Positions 56,014 through 64,000 of a stretch of 64,000 bases of DNA are shown here, one piece after another. Within the stretch, counting starts at the first letter, position 1; the number at the start of each line of letters is the position of its first letter. This DNA comes from Pseudomonadota bacterium (GTDB lineage: Bacteria; UBA10199; 2-02-FULL-44-16; DYJF01), in assembly GCA_043823065.1 (NCBI GenBank), contig JBDRBB010000010.1, positions 32,001 through 96,000 of the forward strand, written 5' to 3'. The notes under the pieces were generated by a model. It was not told where the DNA came from and ran no database searches. It saw only the letters and a program-made list of their open reading frames with translations. The position numbers were made by a program, and so were the translations under genes.

Positions 56014-58146
56014 ATGTTAAAACGTTTTATTTATATCATTATTCTTTGTTTGTTTGCCCTGATAATTGCTTTAGGTCTTTCCAAAATCAAAGCCTTTGAA
56101 AGCTTTGAACAATGGACCTTTGATTTAAGGCAAATTGCCTTTGCTCCTGCCACAGAAATTAGTGAAGATATTGTCATGGTCTGGCTAGATGAAAACACTA
56201 TGCAAACCTTGCCTTATCGTTCGCCTGTGCCTCGTGATTTTTTGGCTCAACTTAATAACCATTTAATTGAAGCAAAACCAAAACTTATTGCTTATGATAT
56301 TTTTCTAAAAGATCCTTCATTTGCTCAAGCTGATCAAATGCTGGCTGCAAGCCTAAAACAATGGCCAACTTATGCTGTTGTACCCATGCGTATTGGCGGG
56401 TGTGGCTCACCCCCTCCCAACATCCCCCTTGAGGGGGCAAACAGTGCCCCTCCCTTGAGGGGAGGGGATAAAGGGGAGGGTGACCAGAATAACTGTGTGG
56501 ATTTACCTTTCCCTCTATTCCATAACTCCCTTAAAGGCATCGGTCTAGCAGATCTGCCCTTTAATGCCTTTGATTCTGTAGTTCGTCAGACCCAATTTGA
56601 ATTTAAAACTGACCTGGGCCAAACCCCTACTCTTGCAGCCTTGCTTTATGAAAAAGTTTCTGGCCAAACTGCCAGCCAACTTATTCAAGAAAAAAAATTG
56701 TGGCCAGGATTTGGTCCCTTTAGTTTAACTCCATTTCTTGCTGATTCAAATAAAACTTATATCCGGTTTGCTGGCCCGCCAAGCACAATGGGCGGCTCTG
56801 AAAACAAGTTTAAAGTTTTTCCAGCAATTTTAGCAGCCAAAGGTTTGATACCCAAGGCTTGGTTAAAAGATAAAATTGTTTTGGTTGGCGCAGCTTACGC
56901 AGATTTAGAGGATGCCTTTCTCACTCCTTATTTTGCCAAGTTCACTTATTTTGCGCGCATGAATGGTGTAGAAATCCACGCTAATATTTTATCCAGCTTA
57001 CTTACCAAACAATTTTATTTTACCTTAACGCTTTGTCAGCTCTGGCTAAGCATTGCTCTTCTGATTTTTATCATCACAACTTTTACCACTACTTTGCCTC
57101 TATTAAAGTCTGGCTTAATCTTTTTAGGTTTGGTGTTTGGCTGGCTTTTCTTAGCTATGTTTAGTTTTAAATCTTCTGGCATTATCTTGCCCGTTGTTTT
57201 GCCTTTGGCTGCTGCTTTGGTAAGTTATGGTTTGGCCATTGCGTGGCGCGCCTTAACTGAAGGTCGGCAACGTCGTTGGTTAAAAGGAGTGTTTGCCCAA
57301 TATGTGCCTCCAACCGTAGTTGAACAAATGACCAAAAATCCCAGCCTGGTTAGATTAGGCGGTGACAAGCGCCAAGTAACCAGCCTGTTTTCTGATATTG
57401 CCTCTTTTACTTCTATTTCCGAAAAAATGGATCCACCAACGTTAGTAAAATTCCTAAATGAATATTTAAGCTTGATGAATGAAATTTTGTTTCGTTATGA
57501 AGGAACCATAGATAAGTATGAAGGTGATGCTATCATTGCTTTTTTTAACGCTCCTCTGGAAGTGGCCAATCACGAATTAAAAGCGGTCAACACTGCCTTG
57601 GAAATTCAAGCTGCTAGTTTGGAAATAACTAAAAAGTGGCAACAAACATTAGGCTTTCCCATTATCACCAGAATCGGCCTAAATACAGGACCTGCTGTAG
57701 TGGGCAATATGGGCTCCCAAGATCGTTTTGATTACACTGCTATTGGCGATACCATAAATCTGGCCTCACGATTAGAAGGTACAAATAAGTTTTATGGCAC
57801 CAAGATTATGGCTTCAGAAATGACAGTTGCAAAACTTGATCATAGTATAATTTCCAGACCAATTGATCGAGTGCGAGTTAAAGGTAAATCTCAACCAATC
57901 TTGCTGCATGAAATCATGGGTAAAAAAATTAGCGAAGATGCTGATCAGCTTTTAAAACTTTCTCTTGCCTTTACCCAGGCTTTTATTAAATTTGAAGAAA
58001 GACAATTTGCAGAAAGCAAAAAAATATTAGCAGAATTACAAACTAAACATAAAGATGATGGACCAACTAAGGAATTGTTGGGAAGAATAACAAAAGCTGA
58101 ACAAGATCCAGCTTGGAATCTGGTTACAAATTTGGAGGCCAAATGA
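56014..58146 (+). CDS. CHASE2-domain class III adenylate/guanylate cyclase
   Basis: CHASE2 (PR, KIVLVG, GVEIHA), three TM, FSDIASFT, DKYEGDA, GDTINLASRLE. Confidence 0.93.
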   Translation: MLKRFIYIIILCLFALIIALGLSKIKAFESFEQWTFDLRQIAFAPATEISEDIVMVWLDENTMQTLPYRSPVPRDFLAQLNNHLIEAKPKLIAYDIFLKDPSFAQADQMLAASLKQWPTYAVVPMRIGGCGSPPPNIPLEGANSAPPLRGGDKGEGDQNNCVDLPFPLFHNSLKGIGLADLPFNAFDSVVRQTQFEFKTDLGQTPTLAALLYEKVSGQTASQLIQEKKLWPGFGPFSLTPFLADSNKTYIRFAGPPSTMGGSENKFKVFPAILAAKGLIPKAWLKDKIVLVGAAYADLEDAFLTPYFAKFTYFARMNGVEIHANILSSLLTKQFYFTLTLCQLWLSIALLIFIITTFTTTLPLLKSGLIFLGLVFGWLFLAMFSFKSSGIILPVVLPLAAALVSYGLAIAWRALTEGRQRRWLKGVFAQYVPPTVVEQMTKNPSLVRLGGDKRQVTSLFSDIASFTSISEKMDPPTLVKFLNEYLSLMNEILFRYEGTIDKYEGDAIIAFFNAPLEVANHELKAVNTALEIQAASLEITKKWQQTLGFPIITRIGLNTGPAVVGNMGSQDRFDYTAIGDTINLASRLEGTNKFYGTKIMASEMTVAKLDHSIISRPIDRVRVKGKSQPILLHEIMGKKISEDADQLLKLSLAFTQAFIKFEERQFAESKKILAELQTKHKDDGPTKELLGRITKAEQDPAWNLVTNLEAK
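56403..56487. repeat. GC-rich palindromic element inserted in frame in the cyclase gene
   Basis: tcaccccctccc...cccctcccttgaggggagggg...ggggagggtga. Confidence 0.75.
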
Positions 58147-59087
58147 AAACATTATTAATCACATTATTATTATGTCTTAGCACCAGCTTGGCTCAGGCTT
58201 CTGCAGTCATTATCGATGCCAAAGGAAAGATTTCTATTAAAACCTCTGATAAAAAAAGTGTTCCTGCCCAAATTGGCCAGGAACTTCCAGATGGCACTCA
58301 AATTAATCCAGAAAAAAATTCCAGCATTTCTATCATGCTTAGCAATGGCACTATTGCTGAAATTGCCAGCGGACAAAAATATACAGTAGGCAAACCTGGT
58401 AAAGCCAAACAAGAGACTACAGTTATTCAAGGCTTGGCCTTAGCCATGAATGAAGCCACAGCTACTGGCGCTCAGCCAACAGTACATGGCATGGTCAAGA
58501 TGACTACACTTGGGCCTGGTGCGCCAGAACCAGTGGTGGATTCAGCTGGCCCTGGTGGAGATCTACGCGCTGAATACCCGCTAAATATTGCTTTGATTTT
58601 GCCAGAAGCAATTGATTTTAGCTGGAACAAAGATGCTAAAATAGATTTCCCCAATCCAGTTTTGGTGATTGAAGATGAGCAAAAAAAGCAACTCTTAGTA
58701 AAGAATGTTGATCAAAAATCTTCTAGTCTTAAAATAAACTCCCATATTTCCAAATTTCAACCAGGTCAAAACTATAGCTGGTATTTTGCCTCTCAGACCA
58801 AAGGACAAATTCAAGGAAAAACTAGACGCTTTAATTTTTCCCTACTTTCCAGAGCAGCTGAACAAAAATTAAAATCAGATTTAAGGGAAATTGAAAAAAT
58901 GAATATTTCTAAATCTGGCCAAGATTTTCTAATGGCTCAACTTTATTTTCGCGCTAAGATGTATGATAAAATGGTAGAAAAGTTACTGCCTTTATGGGAA
59001 CAAAACAAAACTGATTTGCTGAAAAAAGAATTGTTTTTAGGCTATCACCGCTTGGGCAAACCAAGCGAAGCTGCTAAATATCAATGA
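58143..59087 (+). CDS. Secreted protein with FecR-like N-terminal domain; partner of the CHASE2 cyclase
   Basis: Signal peptide AQA, G.ELPDG..I pattern, ATGA overlap with the cyclase. Confidence 0.65.
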   Translation: MKTLLITLLLCLSTSLAQASAVIIDAKGKISIKTSDKKSVPAQIGQELPDGTQINPEKNSSISIMLSNGTIAEIASGQKYTVGKPGKAKQETTVIQGLALAMNEATATGAQPTVHGMVKMTTLGPGAPEPVVDSAGPGGDLRAEYPLNIALILPEAIDFSWNKDAKIDFPNPVLVIEDEQKKQLLVKNVDQKSSSLKINSHISKFQPGQNYSWYFASQTKGQIQGKTRRFNFSLLSRAAEQKLKSDLREIEKMNISKSGQDFLMAQLYFRAKMYDKMVEKLLPLWEQNKTDLLKKELFLGYHRLGKPSEAAKYQ

Positions 59088-59659
59088 TTGTTTAGAGAAT
59101 ACCTTATCGCAATGGTAATGGGCTGAGGATAAAAAGGGAGAGGGCTGCTTCTGGAAATTGTTTTTAAGGCAGCTTGGTCTAAAATATCATGTCCGCAAGA
59201 ACGCACTAAACTAACATTATCTACCTCTCCATTTAAATTAATATTAAAAGAAACCTTGGGGTTTCCTTCCAAACCACTTTGCCTAGCTATTTCCGGATAA
59301 TATTTTTTGCGATTAATCTTTTGCCAAATTTCAACTAAACGCTGATCTCCTGAACCTTGACCTGATCCACCCAAACTACCTGAGCCTCCAGAGTATTGGC
59401 CTGAACCATTGCCGCTATCTGCATCCTGACTTGAATCTGAATCTTTTTTGTCATCGCGAGGAGGCTGAAGACCGACGTGGCGATCCCGACTAATTATTTT
59501 ACCTGCACTTGCATTTCCTCCTGGCCCCACAATCCCTACTTCTACTAAACCAGTTCCTCCTCCTGGAATAACTTTATATAGAGACCAGCCTATAACACTG
59601 CCTAGTCCAATAAGATGAATAATAAAAGAAATTGCTAAAGCATAACCAATATTTTTCAT
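59081..59659 (-). CDS. tonB: Energy transducer TonB family protein
   Basis: N-terminal TM with His, YPEIARQSGLEG, SCGHDILDQAA. Confidence 0.85.
   Translation of the reverse strand: MKNIGYALAISFIIHLIGLGSVIGWSLYKVIPGGGTGLVEVGIVGPGGNASAGKIISRDRHVGLQPPRDDKKDSDSSQDADSGNGSGQYSGGSGSLGGSGQGSGDQRLVEIWQKINRKKYYPEIARQSGLEGNPKVSFNINLNGEVDNVSLVRSCGHDILDQAALKTISRSSPLPFYPQPITIAIRYSLNNH
59449..59487. repeat. REP-like element within the tonB linker
   Basis: tgtcatcgcgaggaggctgaagaccgacgtggcgatccc. Confidence 0.6.
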
Positions 59660-59662
59660 AAA

Positions 59663-59789
59663 AATTACAATAACCAAGATACAAGATACAAACAAATTCC
59701 AAATTTCAAAATACAAACTCCTATATAAGATAATTGGAATTTGGTAATTGTGATTTGTTTGGTTATTGCGTCTTGGTTATTGGTTATTG
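59663..59789. repeat. Inverted low-complexity repeat (caataaccaa.../...ttggttattg)
   Basis: Imperfect long IR; a half copy lies at about 34938-34986. Confidence 0.55.
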
Positions 59790-60562
59790 CCTCCATAGGG
59801 CACATAATAAGGCATCCCGGTTAAATCGTTTACACCAACATATACTTCAGTATCAAAAACCTGTTTTATATTTTTATAGGTCACTACATCCTGTGGCCGC
59901 CCATCAACAACAATTTTGCCCTGCTGTAAAAAAATTATCCGATCACAAAATGTTGTAGCTAAATTAATATCGTGCATAACTGTTACAATTGTGAGTTCTT
60001 GGTTTTTATTTCTTTTTTTAACCAGATTATAAACATCCATTTGATGCTTAATATCCAAATGTGCGGTTGGTTCATCTAATAATAAAATTTTGGGCTGCTG
60101 AGCCAAAGCCCGGGCTACGATCACTCTTTGTCTTTCACCCCCTGACAGCTCATTAATCGAACGTTTGGCAAACTGCCAAACATCGGTTTCTTGCATAACT
60201 TGTTTGGCAAGTTCAATATCTTGTTTGGATTCAAAACCAAACCTAGACAAAAAAGGCGCTCGACCCATGAGCACAACTTCCATTACAGAAAAAGAAAATG
60301 GTATCTCGCTTACTTGTGGCACAACTGCAATTTGCTTGGCACGTTGTTGAAAAGAAAATTGTAAAATATCTTTTTCTGCCAACAAAACCTTGCCGCGCTT
60401 AGGCACAAGCGTGCCTGCCATAAGTTTAAGCAAAGTTGTTTTGCCAGAACCATTAGGACCAAGGATGCCAATGAATTCACCATCACTAACATTTAGAGAA
60501 ATATTGTTTAATATCGTTGTGGCTTCATCGTAAGAAAAAAATATGTTTTGCAAATCAATCAT
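59777..60562 (-). CDS. btuD: Cobalamin/iron-siderophore ABC transporter ATPase
   Basis: GPNGSGKTT, LSGGERQR, LLLDEPT, HD. Confidence 0.88.
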   Translation of the reverse strand: MIDLQNIFFSYDEATTILNNISLNVSDGEFIGILGPNGSGKTTLLKLMAGTLVPKRGKVLLAEKDILQFSFQQRAKQIAVVPQVSEIPFSFSVMEVVLMGRAPFLSRFGFESKQDIELAKQVMQETDVWQFAKRSINELSGGERQRVIVARALAQQPKILLLDEPTAHLDIKHQMDVYNLVKKRNKNQELTIVTVMHDINLATTFCDRIIFLQQGKIVVDGRPQDVVTYKNIKQVFDTEVYVGVNDLTGMPYYVPYGGNNQ

Positions 60563-61557
60563 AAACTTTTTTGCTGTCTCTTCAATAAATACACAAAAAA
60601 CGGAGCGCCAATCAGCGCAGTAATTACACCAACAGGCAATTCTGTATTTAAGGTGGTATTAATCAATAATGATCTGGCTAAAGTATCGCAGATGATTAAA
60701 AAGGCGCCGCCCAAAATTCCTGAAACAGGAATCAATAACCGATGATCTGAACCTAAAATTAAACGCACCACGTGCGGAACAAAAAGCCCCACAAAACCAA
60801 TTAAGCCAGCAACTGCTACTGCTGCCCCAACCATTAAAGAGCTGGCAAAAAAGATGATTAAACGTAAATGATAAGCATTAATTCCCAACTGGCTAGCTTG
60901 CTCATCGCCTAAGCTTAAGACATTCATTTTTCCTGAAAAAAGAACTAAGATAAAAAAACCGGACAATACTAATCCAGCAACAACCAATAGAGCTTGATAA
61001 CTAACTGCTTCTAAATTTCCAATTAACAAAAAAACAATTTGATAGGCTTGTTCCATAGTAACCAAGGCATTGACAAAAAGGATTAAAGCAAAACAAAAAG
61101 CATTAAAAATAACTCCAGTTAAAAGCAAAGTATGCGAAGGTAAGCGTCCTTTGGTTTTGGCAATGGCAAAGATTAAAAACATGGCCAAAAAAGCTGCGCC
61201 AAAGGCAATTAGGGAAACCAAAATAAAGGGAAGTTTTAAGCCAACAGCTAATACACTACCCAAAGCTGCTCCACCTGATACCCCTAAAATATATGGATCT
61301 GCCAGGGGATTTCTAAGTAAAGATTGATAAGCTCCGCCAGCGCTAGCTAAAGCAATTCCCACTAGCATTGCCAACAGGATACGCGGCAGCCTATACTTTA
61401 AAAGTATAAGAAAATCAACATGTTGTAAGTTTGGGAGAGTTGAAAACAGGTCAATGGATTTGGCGCCTGTATCCAAGGCCAGTAATATAATGATAAAAAC
61501 CAAACCTAAAAGCCCTACATTAATATATAGCCATTTTTTAAAAGTAAGTGTCTTCAT
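60559..61557 (-). CDS. btuC: Cobalamin/iron ABC transporter permease
   Basis: RLPR, RNPLADPYILGVSGGA, IGFVGL, ELPVG. Confidence 0.88.
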   Translation of the reverse strand: MKTLTFKKWLYINVGLLGLVFIIILLALDTGAKSIDLFSTLPNLQHVDFLILLKYRLPRILLAMLVGIALASAGGAYQSLLRNPLADPYILGVSGGAALGSVLAVGLKLPFILVSLIAFGAAFLAMFLIFAIAKTKGRLPSHTLLLTGVIFNAFCFALILFVNALVTMEQAYQIVFLLIGNLEAVSYQALLVVAGLVLSGFFILVLFSGKMNVLSLGDEQASQLGINAYHLRLIIFFASSLMVGAAVAVAGLIGFVGLFVPHVVRLILGSDHRLLIPVSGILGGAFLIICDTLARSLLINTTLNTELPVGVITALIGAPFFVYLLKRQQKSL

Positions 61558-62396
61558 TTATTGTTATGAATAATTTCAGCTAATTTGCTAATTTCAGCAA
61601 CTATCTTAGGCGCTGGCCTAAATAAACTATTATTTAGCAAATATATTTGTTTATTTTTCACAGCCTTAAGATTTGTTAAATTATTCCAATAAGTTAACGC
61701 TTGGCTATGGCTTATATTTGCCTCTGAACCCATAGACAAATCCATAATAATATCAGGATTAGCCAAAACCACTTGTTCCAAACTCCACCTAGGATAAGCC
61801 ATTTTTGACTTAACTACATTTTCTACACCTAACAATTCCAAAAATTCATTAAAATAACTTGTTTGACCACCTACAACCAATGGCTTGCTACCCCACACTA
61901 TTAAAACTTCCTTTTTAGGTTGGTCTTGCCACTTTTCTTTTAAGTAAGATATGGTTTCTTCCATCTGCCGTATAATATCATCGGCCCTGATTTCGGCCTT
62001 AACCAAAACAGCTATTTGTCTAATAGATTCTTTTGTTTCAGCCAAATTCTTAAAAGATAGTAATAAAACTTTTATGCCGATTTTTTCTAATTCCAAAATA
62101 GCTTTACGTGAACTTTGTTCTTTAGAAGTCATCACGATGTCTGGTTTAACAGCAATTATCTTTTCTAAAAAAGGCTTGGTATAATCGCCAATCTTAGGTA
62201 ACTTCTGGGCTTGCGCTGGATAATCACAATATGTTGTTACGCCAACAACTTGATCACCAACACCTAATTCAAATAAAATTTCAGTAATATTGGGTTTTAA
62301 AGAAACAATTCGCTGATATTCTTTAGCTATCAGTTTTGAAGTAAAAAATACCAAGCTAACGCATATCATTAATGTTATTATACTTTTTTTGACCAT
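61554..62396 (-). CDS. btuF: Cobalamin ABC transporter substrate-binding protein
   Basis: RIVSL.PNITEILF.LG, VGVT.YCDYP, RP.P; start reassigned to MVKKS. Confidence 0.85.
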   Translation of the reverse strand: MVKKSIITLMICVSLVFFTSKLIAKEYQRIVSLKPNITEILFELGVGDQVVGVTTYCDYPAQAQKLPKIGDYTKPFLEKIIAVKPDIVMTSKEQSSRKAILELEKIGIKVLLLSFKNLAETKESIRQIAVLVKAEIRADDIIRQMEETISYLKEKWQDQPKKEVLIVWGSKPLVVGGQTSYFNEFLELLGVENVVKSKMAYPRWSLEQVVLANPDIIMDLSMGSEANISHSQALTYWNNLTNLKAVKNKQIYLLNNSLFRPAPKIVAEISKLAEIIHNNK

Positions 62397-62453
62397 AGAC
62401 CATGGACTATTGACCTTTGAAAAACATAAAGTCAATGGTCTATCGTCCATGGT
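62389..62453. repeat. Inverted heptamer repeat array overlapping the btuF start
   Basis: gaccatagaccatggactattgac...gtcaatggtctatcgtccatggt. Confidence 0.6.
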
Positions 62454-62719
62454 TCACTTTTCTATTGCATCATGTATTACTTTCATTTAAATTTTGAACT
62501 ACTTGTTTTTTAGCGTTTTTGCGATTTTTGAAAATTATGATTGCTTGTTTGTTGACACCAGGTTTTCAAAGATTTATAAGCGCATTCTTATTTGAAACTT
62601 TTTTTTGCAGAAAACAGGTCTGGAAAGGAGGTGCCCCTCTCGCGCAAAGACCATCTGCTGAAACACATTAACCGGTAGGCAAATAGCTTACCAAACTCTA
62701 ATTAAGGAGAGGAATTATC

Positions 62720-63886
62720 ATGAAAAAATTACTTATTGCTTTTATCGCAGTTGGCTTGTTGGCTTTTGGTTTTAGTGCCCAAGCCCAAGAAAGTTATGTT
62801 GGTGGTGGTTTTGAAGCTGCTGGTCATGTAATGGCTGGTGGTGGCTGGCAACGTCACAATAACCAAGGTGTTACCTATAACGTATTTGATGGTGACAATG
62901 CTGGTTATGGACCTGGTGTCATGGGCAAATACGAAGGACAGGCCCCTGCAGCAAGTACTGACTACTTCGGCTTTTTTGTAGATGAAGTAGAATTAGACCT
63001 TATGAAGTCATTTGGCGAAAACATTCGCCTACGCGCTGATTTAGATTTCGGTCGCGTAGCATCTTCAGGTCTTAATACAGCAGCATTCGTATTAGAACAG
63101 GCTTATGCAACAGCTAATATCCCAGTAGGTAATGGTATTGAGTTCTTGCTCGGTCGTTTCAACACCCCAATCGGTTTTGAAGCTGCTGATGTAATTGACA
63201 ACTACACCATTTCCAAATCAGCTATTTCTTACTTGCGCCCAATCAACACCACTGGTGCCAAGATCTACTATGCTTTTAACGATCTAGTTGACTTGCATTT
63301 CTACGTAGTAAACAGCTTGACCCAAGACAGTGATGCTAAAATCAACGACGTTCCTTCATTAGGTCTGCGTTTGGGTTTCAACTGGGGAGATGATGGCGAA
63401 AGTACACTTGGTATTAGCCCATTTTTCGGCCCAGAAACAAGAGCTTCCAACAAACATTTCACTTTTGGTGGAGATGTTGATTTGAACTGGTGGGTAACTG
63501 AAGAATTCGCTTTAGGTGCAGAAGCTCTGTTCCGTCGCGATAACGCTTTTGGTGCTGGCGTATCAAACACAGAGTACTTAGCTGGTTTGCTTAACTTGCA
63601 CTATGCTTTCTCAGATGTCTGGGATGGCACTTTGAAATATTGCTTTGCCAAACAATTTGATCCAGGAAATTATCGCCTTGCTGGTCTTGCTGCTAACCCA
63701 CTTAATGCCTGGAATAATTTAACTGGCGCTGAGCAATCCATGCATCAAATCGCTTTGGCTGGTGGATATGCCATTGCTGATGGTGCAAAATTGAAATTAG
63801 AAGGTCGCTTTGATATGGTAAAACCAGCTGGTGCAGCAAAACAATACACCTATGGTTTGGCCATGGCCTTTGCTTACAGATTCTAA
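62720..63886 (+). CDS. Outer-membrane beta-barrel porin
   Basis: Signal peptide, LEQAY, GRFNTPIGFEA, C-terminal YRF; strong SD. Confidence 0.85.
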   Translation: MKKLLIAFIAVGLLAFGFSAQAQESYVGGGFEAAGHVMAGGGWQRHNNQGVTYNVFDGDNAGYGPGVMGKYEGQAPAASTDYFGFFVDEVELDLMKSFGENIRLRADLDFGRVASSGLNTAAFVLEQAYATANIPVGNGIEFLLGRFNTPIGFEAADVIDNYTISKSAISYLRPINTTGAKIYYAFNDLVDLHFYVVNSLTQDSDAKINDVPSLGLRLGFNWGDDGESTLGISPFFGPETRASNKHFTFGGDVDLNWWVTEEFALGAEALFRRDNAFGAGVSNTEYLAGLLNLHYAFSDVWDGTLKYCFAKQFDPGNYRLAGLAANPLNAWNNLTGAEQSMHQIALAGGYAIADGAKLKLEGRFDMVKPAGAAKQYTYGLAMAFAYRF

Positions 63887-63909
63887 GTTGAATCTAATTA
63901 AAGCAAATA

Positions 63910-63942
63910 AAAACCCCGGAAGATTTCTTCCGGGGTTTTTTT
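63910..63942 (+). terminator. Rho-independent terminator
   Basis: aaaaccccggaaga-tt-tcttccggggttttttt. Confidence 0.9.
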
Positions 63943-64000
63943 ATGTGTCATTGCGAGTGGCCCTTCGACAAGCTCAAAGCGAACGGTTAAAAAATTATTT

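Noticed and set aside
690..63570. Many short ORFs (60-190 aa) antisense to or nested within well-supported genes
   Set aside because: Shadow frames with no SD or recognisable motifs, fully overlapping confident CDSs.
1..64000. Autonomous mobile element, prophage or integrase
   Set aside because: No transposase, integrase or phage protein recognised among the ORFs.

Overview
64 kb of AT-rich bacterial chromosome. The gene order (parS-parA-parB-bactofilin-atpF'/atpF, a c-subunit with a signal-peptide-like extension, hpnH/hpnG) suggests a deltaproteobacterial-type lineage; this is inference. Mostly housekeeping and metabolism: (i) an inositol-lipid region with ino1, a nucleotidyltransferase, a HAD phosphatase, a CDP-alcohol phosphotransferase fragment, an Aur1/PAP2-like transferase, a PimA-like GT4 and a frameshifted MMPL transporter; (ii) a cobalamin-riboswitch btuB operon and a separate btuFCD-tonB operon; (iii) hopanoid side-chain genes; (iv) split Fo ATP synthase genes with no F1 genes in the window; (v) tRNA-Arg with a small HATPase/STAS islet; (vi) parABS; (vii) a saccharopine/glutaryl-CoA lysine catabolic cluster with a 2-oxoacid:ferredoxin oxidoreductase; (viii) a CHASE2 adenylate cyclase. 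Most notable unexplained signals: (1) a shared GCAAC-N16(18)-CGATAA sigma28-like promoter ahead of four scattered orphan genes that look like type III secretion components or substrates, one of them extremely lysine-poor; (2) a dispersed family of covarying hairpin elements with a conserved GYA/GAGA internal loop, plus several larger multibranch elements; (3) a tandem pair of unknown P-loop proteins with a membrane transporter; (4) palindromic elements inserted in frame into coding genes. All functional calls come from motif recognition only; no database searches were run.
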